Shown here: positions 55,960 through 64,000 of the stretch, piece by piece
How positions within the stretch are numbered: the first letter of the stretch is position 1
Layout: the number at the start of each line of letters is the position of its first letter
Origin: Lama glama
Lineage: Eukaryota
NCBI GenBank assembly: GCA_028534125.1
Contig: CM052817.1
Span: forward strand, 2,544,001 to 2,608,000
DNA: 64,000 bases
Direction of reading: 5' to 3'
Notes under the pieces: generated by a model
Told to the model about the DNA's origin: nothing
The model's input: the letters and a program-made list of their open reading frames with translations, nothing else
Database searches by the model: none
Program-made: the position numbers and the translations under genes

Positions 55960-56170
55960 TTTTTTAAAAAAATAGAGTCAAAATTCATATAGCATAAAAT
56001 TCACCATTTTAACCTTTTTAAAGTATATAACGAGTTTCAGTGTATCTCCAGAGCTGTGCAGCCAACACCACCCTCTAATTCCAAACTAGTCCGCATCAGC
56101 CCCTAAAACCCCACACCCACCAGCAGCCACCCCCAACTCCCTCGTCCCCAGCCCCGGGCGCCCGGGTCCC
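55960..56170 (-). mobile_element. L1MB-like extreme 3' end
   Basis: aaaattcatatagcataaaattcaccattttaacctttttaaagtatata...gagctgtgcagccaacaccaccctctaattcca. Confidence 0.8.
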
Positions 56171-57169
56171 ATCCATCCTGCGGTGCCCAACCTGCTCGAG
56201 CTACCCGGTCTTCTTTGGCGAAGTCCCGTCATTGATGTTTATATTTTTATATATTTAATTTGCATTTTTTCCAGGAAGCCATCTCTTTTTCTCTTGCTCT
56301 TCAGGTTTACTGCCATCGAGTTATGTAAGACTTTAAGAAATCTGTTTAACTGTCTCTCTCGGTTTTCCGGCCGTGTCTTCTCGGTCCCGGCCACGCCTCC
56401 TCCGGGCTATGTCTTCACGGCTTTATGAGAGACTCGTCTGTCCTGCGGCTCTTGGGGAAGAGCTGGCCCTGGGGCTTGTTAGCATTTTCCATTCTTTCCG
56501 TTGTTTTGCTCTCTTGGTCTCTCTCCTCTGCTATTTTCCTCTTCTTATCCTTTGGGGTTTTTTGGTAATGCTGTCTTTTTCTTCATACTGAGTGATTTAT
56601 CGCTGTCCTCGGTGGTGAATTAATCAGTGTTTTTATCAGTGATGAATGCACCTGAAGCTCGGATGCTTCCCGGGGCGCCCGCGCTCACCGTGCCCCGCTG
56701 AGGACCTCCCCTTGTCTCTGCACTCGAATTAGTCCCTGATTCCAGGGCTCATTCGCTTTTCCCTCCAAGGAGGTCGTGCAGAGCAGGCCGGCTCCCCAAG
56801 GCCATTCTCCCCTTTTCTGTGGTAGCAGAGCCCTCAGGTTTTGTGGGGCCCGCTCCCACCCAGGATAAAACCTGCAGCTGCCAGCACCCCTGGGCCAGGC
56901 GGGACCATGTGACTGGGTTCTGGCCGCCGGGATGTGAGCAGACGTGATGGGGTCGAGCGGGGACCCTGGGGGTGAGGGCGCCCTAAGGTGGCGGAGCAGC
57001 CTGCTGTGTGGGCACAGCCCAGCCCAGCCTTCAAACTCCCAGCGGCCGCGTTCACTCTTCTGCTGACTCCCTGCCGCAGCTCCCCGTTCTCTGGGGGAGA
57101 GCATGGCTGAAGAGCGCACACCTCGTTTTCTCAGTGGTAAAGGGTTGGGGGTTTTTTTTGCGGGGGGGA

Positions 57170-57560
57170 GGCAAGTGGTCAAAATGTTATTTACCATTTC
57201 GAATTTTTCAAGAATATGGCTAGAGAAAATCTCAACCTTTGAAATTTTTCTGAAGATTTACTCTGTGACTACAGATGTTATCCATTCTTGTAAATGCTTA
57301 GTGGGCCTTGGGAAGAACGTGTAGCCTCTGTTTGAAGTATGAAATGTTTGCATACATCCATTAAACTGAGTTTGCTGATGGCGGGGCGCCATTGCTCTTA
57401 AAACCTGATTGGCTAGGTTGTCATCCGCTAGATGAGTCTGATTCTGAAAATGGCACATGGCAATCCCTGTCGGAATCCTGCCTTTGTTACATTCTCCTTA
57501 CAGTTTTAAATAACTTGGCACAAAATAGTTAGCCACTAAGTTGATTACTGTAAATGTGGG
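57170..57560 (-). mobile_element. Old L1 ORF2 relic
   Basis: acctttgaaatttttctgaagatttactctgtgact...cttgggaagaacgtgtagcctctgtttgaagtatgaaatgtttgcatacatccatta resembles antisense endonuclease region. Confidence 0.6.
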
Positions 57561-58384
57561 TCTATTATCTTATGTTACTCGCAAATTGCTCCTAAAGTTC
57601 TTCGAAAAGCCTCTTTCCCTTTTACTGTTCTGGACGTTCAGTTCCTCCTTCTCTGGACTGAAAATGCTACCCTTGTCCTTTTGTTGGAGTTCTGGGCGTC
57701 CCTGGAACACCCCTTTGCTCTCAAGCATTCTGTATCCCTTGCCTTGAAGCATGCTTCTTTAAAATACAGCCTTTTCTGTAGCCCAGATTGGGGTCTCTGC
57801 CTTCTAACAGGACCCCAGCGCGTGCACAGCCCTGGCGGTCTGCGTCCCGCTCCTCTGCGTCCTTCCTGCTCACCGTCCACATTCTCCTTCTCTGGGATCT
57901 TTTCGCTTTTGCTCATCTTTTGCTGCTGTTCGCCCCCAACGCCTTCCTCCTCATCAGCGTCTGTGAGTGACCTGGGCTCTCTCCTTCCACCAGGGGTCCC
58001 CTTCCCTTCCCTGCCTCCACCTCAAACTCCAGCAGTACTACAGGAAATCAAGACACCCGCCACCAGGGACCCCAGCCCCGGCTGCGACCTCTGCTCCCTC
58101 TGGAAGTGCCCCCTCCCGGCACCCGGGCCACTGCGGGAGGGCTAGGACCAGCTCCTGCCGCCAGAGGCTACCCACTTAGCCCGCGGCTGGCTTCCCCAAC
58201 CTCCTTTTCTTACTGAAAGCCCAGGGCCCGGCGCTCTGACATCGGTCTCGCAATGAGCCCGGCAAGAGGACCCTGCTTTCAGTCCCTTAAGTTGCTGATG
58301 TCTTCCCTTGATCCTTGAAAATCTGGAAATCTCTTTCTGTCGGTGACCCACGGATTCTGTCTGAGGAGGCAGTGAGAGAGTAGC

Positions 58385-58555
58385 AAAGAGCACAGACCCG
58401 TTCAGGCTTCCAACCGTGGCTGTGTGACTGTGGGTAAGTTACTGAACCTCTCTGTGCCCACAAGATGGGGGCGATGCTAACGCTCATCAATGAGAGGTAA
58501 CAACTTAAATGAGCTCGCAGGCGGAAGGCACTTTGAGCAGCACCTGGGCAGGAGA
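58385..58555 (+). mobile_element. MIR SINE
   Basis: ggctgtgtgactgtgggtaagttactgaacctctctgtgcc...aagatggggg...ttaaatgagct...aaggcactttgagcagcacctgggca. Confidence 0.7.
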
Positions 58556-59139
58556 ACATCGTGGGCATCAGCTCTTACCACGATAGCTTATCCCACTGTT
58601 CACTGAGGCGTCGGCTGCCGGGCACAGCCTTTCCCCAGTGCTTGGTGGCATCACTTCCAGCTCTCAGAGTAACAGACAACAAGTCCGATACCAATCTGGT
58701 GCTTTGTCCTCTGTAAGTTGTTGTTGTTTTTTTTTTCCTTTAAAAAGGTGGTAAGACTTTTGCTCCTCCCCAGGCTTCAGGAAGATCATCAGGCTGCACC
58801 TGGCGGTGTGTCCCTGCGCATCCTGCCTGGAGCCTGCGCACTCTTTCCCTCTGCAGCTGTGACTTCATCATCAGCTCGGATGTTTTCTACCGTTTGTTCT
58901 TGTCCCCCCAGGATTTGCATATGGCACGGCAGGACCCGTCCCCGCAACCCCTTCTCCCTCGGACTCTTCTCGCAGTGGTCCTTTGACTCTGCGTCTCATG
59001 TAGCTCTCCCGAGTGGCCTTCCCCGATGCTAACGCGGAGCAAGCCACAGGCTTCCCTTAATTCACCTGGTAAGTGGGTTTGGGTTTACAAAGCATGGTTC
59101 TTAGGAATGTTACTCACGTGCAGAACAAACTTTGCTGCA

Positions 59140-59382
59140 AGATGAGTGATGCTGGGTGTCTGTTGTAGTTCACAAGGCTGTATTACACACTTGAAATTTG
59201 CCAAGAGCGTGGATCTTCAATCTTCTCACCCAAAAGAAGTGATAACAATGTGAAGTGATGGAGACGTTAACCAATCCCACTGGGGCAATCATTTCACAAT
59301 TACAAGTGTATCAAATCAATCCGCTGTGCATCGTAACCTTGCTGAAGGCTGCATGTTGGCTATATCTCAGTAAAGCTGGAAA
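59140..59382 (+). mobile_element. L1MA-like 3'UTR end
   Basis: gtattacacacttgaaatttgccaagagcgtggatcttc...gtgaagtgatggagacgttaacc...aatcatttcacaat...tatatctcagtaaagctggaaa. Confidence 0.85.
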
Positions 59383-59731
59383 GCCCACACATTTCATGGA
59401 ATAAGATGCAGCTGTCCTGAGAAGTGAACGAGTTCCCAACTTTTCCCCACAAGGAGGAGGCGCGTAATGCCTACTGTCACTGTATCCGTCCCTGGCTACA
59501 TCAACCTCAAATTCAAAAAAAAAAAAATCATGGTTTCTCCTTCTGGAACCTTTGCCTGCCTTCTTGAGTCTCCACGTCTCCCCACCCACAGCCGTCTCCT
59601 GCAGCGCCTGCTCCAGGGCGTGCCCGCGGCTCTTCGCTGCGATGGCTTCGCGACCTCCGATGCCAGGACCAGTGAAAGCTAATTATCTGACCTTGCATCC
59701 TTAGTGGCTTGTTTCCCAGGACAAAAGGAAC

Positions 59732-59760
59732 CACACACACACAAACACACACACACACAC
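59732..59760. repeat. Short interrupted (CA)n
   Basis: cacacacacacaaacacacacacacacac. Confidence 0.9.
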
Positions 59761-61064
59761 AGACGCAGGAAAATCTTGAACTGTTTTTGGTCATCACACT
59801 GGGTGGCGGGGTCGTGCTGAGGCTGGGGTACACGTATCAGGAATAAAGCAACAAAGTAATTCTTACAGACACTAGATCAGTCCTTCCCACCGTTGTTGAA
59901 AACCGGGAGCTCAGAGTGGGGTTAAGTAATTCTAAGTTTAGACTGGAGTCTTCAACAGGAAGCCATTAATGTTTCCCCCTTGAAAGGAAACCTATTCCCA
60001 GCTCTGTCCTCTGCTCAGCCTAGAAGCCACAATGCGCCCCTGAACCCTAGTGGGGCGGCAATGAGGAGCCCAGTGCACAGGTTATGCTTCCAAAAACTGT
60101 TTCCCACCATAGAAGCCAGGAGACTCGAGAAAATGGGGCTGAGCTAGAGGACCTGGTTCAAGGAGCTGCCAGATGGAAAGGGTGTCCCCGAGGACAGGCC
60201 AGTCTTATTGAAAGGACGCAGGAGCCACCACGAGGTCTCCACTGGCCACAGATGAACTGTGTGAGCACAAGAAAGGGGCTGGGAGGGAGACACCTGCCCC
60301 GTCTCCACGGTCCCCCATGCCTCTTGGACATCTGTCTCCTCATCCTCATCCCCACCCTGGGGCCCTGCCCTCAGCTCCTGGCGTGAACTAGGCGCTGGAC
60401 TGAGCTGTCTCTGCCTCTCACACGGGAAGACCCCCGGAGGTTGCTGTGAACAGCAGAACAGGTGAGAGCAAGAACCTTGTCCTACGGGAGGCACCGAGCT
60501 GCCGCCCACAGGCTGCGGGGTCCTGGGCTCATCACACAAGCTCTCTGGGCGGCACCTACATGCGTGCAGCAGGGACAGGAGTCCAGAGTGCCTAGCACAC
60601 AGTGGGGCTAAATAAATGCTGACCTTCGGAAGCACAGACCCATGGGCGATTGCAGAGTAGAGGGGCTCCAAAACCTACGAGATGCTCGACAAAAGCACGT
60701 GTCCTCCTTGGATGCACACGCTCGCTTTGCAAACTCTGAACCGCTGAGCCGGAGCCAGACATGCGACGGGGGGATGCCCTAGTCCCCGCCTGCACTACCC
60801 CCCATGAAAACACCGCCACCCACCGTCAGAGCATGTCTGCTCTCGTCGGCTTCGGTCCGGGGTGGCAGGAAGCAATCCAACGATGCTGATGGTGCCGGTA
60901 GGGGTCAGGCTAGTCTTCAGCTGGGGTCAAGGCACTGCTCCTATGGGATACCCTGCTTCTCTGTGGGGGTCAACCTTGCCCCATCTCAGGACACTAGGAC
61001 ATAAGGGACCCCAAGAACACAGCCAGGAGGAAGCAAGGAACCGACTGCATTGCAGACAATCCTG

Positions 61065-61322
61065 GTCCGATGGGTTGGATGACGTCCCCCCTAGAATTTA
61101 CAGACAGACATGGAAGGAAGGTGATGTGAAGGGATGGGGTGAAGATGCCATTCAGAAGCCAAGGACACAGACCTGGGCAGATCCTCCTTCACGGCCTCAG
61201 CAAGAACCAACCCTGCTGACACTTTGACTCTGACTCCCAGCCTCCAGGACCGGGAGACAGCCGTCTGTGGTCTGAGCCCTAGTCTGTGGGGCTTTGTTAT
61301 GCGGCCCTAGCTGACTAGCACA
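61065..61322 (+). mobile_element. MLT1A-like LTR, internally deleted
   Basis: gaagatgccattcagaagccaagg...aagaaccaaccctgctgacactttgactctgactcccagcctccaggaccgggaga...tttgttatgcggccctagctgacta. Confidence 0.8.
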
Positions 61323-62021
61323 CCCTCTCTCTGGCAATCACTCCCTTCCCCATAGATCCCAGGACCAACAGACCCACCTGACCTAGAGAGGTGGGCCTGG
61401 AGGGGGTCCTGTGGGGAGTTTGGGGCCTTAGGTTTCCCTGGACCTGAGTTGGTGGCATCACAGGATGAGGACGCACCAAGGGAGCCCCTTCCTCCTTGAA
61501 TCAGGACCCTATAGTAGCCTGGGAGCCTCTAAGCATGACCCTTAGGTGGTGTTCCTTGCTCGCTCTCCTGCCCTTGAGCCTGTGACCTTGAGGGGGTCTC
61601 CACTGCCCACTCCTACTCCCCCAGTCAGGCTCCACCGACCTTTGTCCTTTGCCTCCCACCTGCACATACTCCCAGACACACAGCCTTCAGCCACAGGACC
61701 CAGAGTCTGGCTCGAGCCCGGCCCCACCCTCTCCGTGTGTGTCCTTAGAGCATCATGTGCCCCACTGAGCCTCCGTTCCCGGTCTGTCAAGTAGAGGCCA
61801 CTCGACATTGGAGGCCTGGCATTCCAGGAAAGGGCCACCAGGCACAGACAGGTTTGAAGGGCAGCCCTGCTTCCGGTCACCTGTCGGGCAGAGGAGCCCT
61901 TGCCCCAGGGTCACACAGGTGCACAAGGCCAGGGCGGCCCTCTCTCCATCAGGCACCATGGATTCCCCCGCAGGTGCCTCGCACAGAGCCTCTCATCACG
62001 GTGGGAGGGGAATAAAAACAC

Positions 62022-62027
62022 TTTAAT
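62022..62027 (-). terminator. CPZ: Probable CPZ polyadenylation signal ATTAAA (3'UTR ~110-125 nt)
   Basis: Minus strand reads ccattttATTAAAgtgtttttattccc, ~95 nt after the stop codon, in the only AT-rich patch nearby. Confidence 0.75.
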
Positions 62028-62120
62028 AAAATGGAAAAGGCTTAGTGGGATGTCTTTGGAAGACAGATCAAGAGCAGGAGCCCTGGGCCAGGCGTGTGCC
62101 TGGCACGAGCAGGCGGGTGC

Positions 62121-62476
62121 CTAGTACTTAAGCAGCCAGCGCGGCTGGTGCTGGCCCAGTGACGTGAAGTAGGACCACCACCAAGGTTTGCTCCCGCCGG
62201 CCGCGGGCTGTCTCCGGGCCCCTAGGGGCTCCTCGGGCTCCCCGTGTGGGCCAGCACCACCGGGCGGGTCTCGGAGCCCGGGCCCATTTCTCCGAGGCCC
62301 AGGAAGGAACTTCTTGGGTCCAGTCCCCAGCAGCTGGAGAATGAAGTCCACGCGACCGGCCCTCTTCATCCGGGCAGGGATGGTGACTTTCTTGATGACC
62401 TTGGAGTAGCCGGGGGCTTGAGCAATGACAATGTGGGACCCTGGGGGCAGCAGTCTCCAGTAGTCACCATCTGGGG
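62121..62476 (-). CDS. CPZ: Carboxypeptidase Z, final coding exon (end of transthyretin-like domain plus C-terminal tail)
   Basis: Translates (A)PDGDYWRLLPPGSHIVIAQAPGYSKVIKKVTIPARMKRAGRVDFILQ...SKPWWWSYFTSLGQHQPRWLLKY*. GDYWRLL-PG is the M14B (CPE/CPN/CPZ) family motif, and the PWWWSYF...PRWLLKY tail is what I recall for CPZ. Acceptor ttgtccacag| precedes 62476 (phase 1); stop TAG at 62123-62121. Confidence 0.96.
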
Positions 62477-63319
<843 letters not shown>

Positions 63320-64000
63320 TCATCTGTGGAGTGAGGGTGACTGGCGAGCCCATCCCTGGGGCCCCGCTCCAGCGATCAATCCCGTTCCTGGTTTATGAAA
63401 GCCCACGGTCCAGCTCAGCGCTCTGGCTGAAGCTCCTGGGCCACGAGCGCCAGGCAGAAGGCCCCCTGGTGTCCACCTGTGAGCACAGCTTAGTCTCTGC
63501 CCTTGCAACCAGAGCCAGTGCAGCGGGTCCTCTCTGAGCCGAGGTTCCGAAGACCATGTGGGGCGGCAGGAGGACACGGCTGTGACTTGGGACCCTGGTG
63601 TCAGTCCTGGACGGCACCAGCCCGTTCTCTGACCTTAAGCAAGCTACCTGGCATCTCGGCCCAGTCTCCCATCTGTAACACAGGGTCACCACGCCCAGCT
63701 CAGAGAATGAGAATTAACACTCGTCAGGTGCAGCGATCAAGCCAGGCGCAGGACTGCCCGACTCTCGTGATGGCCTGGCTCTGAGCACAGCCGCTCCCGA
63801 GCAGATGCCCTGCCGCTTCAGCACACATCAGGGTTAGACTAGGAGCTGCACTTTCCAAAGGAAGCACCTCCGGGAACTCGCCGTCCTGTGCCCAGTCCTT
63901 CTCCAAAAGCAATCAGCAATGAACAAGCTGGACACCCTTGCTCTATGGGGCTGAAAACAACTAGAGGTCCGAAGCTCACATCAAAGGAGGCCGGGACACC

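Noticed and set aside
62011..62030. Two plus-strand AATAAA hexamers suggesting an antisense transcript ending at the CPZ 3' end
   Set aside because: More simply the complement of U-rich elements around the CPZ ATTAAA; no plus-strand exons found.

Overview
GC-rich mammalian genomic DNA, almost entirely non-coding. The only supported gene is the 3' end of CPZ (carboxypeptidase Z) on the minus strand. Its last two coding exons lie at 63049-63148 and 62121-62476, with GT-AG splice sites and an ATTAAA poly(A) signal at 62022-62027. A tRNA-Ala-derived SINE of the vic-1 type (41630-41730) and a young L1 3' end point to a camelid genome. The remaining ~62 kb is intergenic DNA downstream of CPZ. By mammalian synteny (human 4p16.1) this should be the CPZ-HMX1 gene desert; HMX1 itself is not in the window. 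It is filled with old L1, L2, MIR, MLT1/MaLR LTRs and DNA transposon relics (MER58A, MER5A, Tigger1), one 4.2-kb internally deleted L1 carrying a ~300-bp GAA-type expansion, and simple repeats. The most interesting signals are several repeat-free, AT-rich islands dense in homeodomain motifs. The one at ~11.86-12.47 kb (TAATCAGTTTATGATTGATGG core) is the best candidate for the orthologue of the distal HMX1 ear enhancer. A second island at ~54.2-54.8 kb reuses the same motif pair. Some old repeats are also locally shifted toward GC. I found no convincing new protein-coding system; nearly all ORFs in the track look like chance ORFs of GC-rich DNA. All repeat family and motif calls are from recalled consensus sequences, not database searches, and boundaries are approximate.
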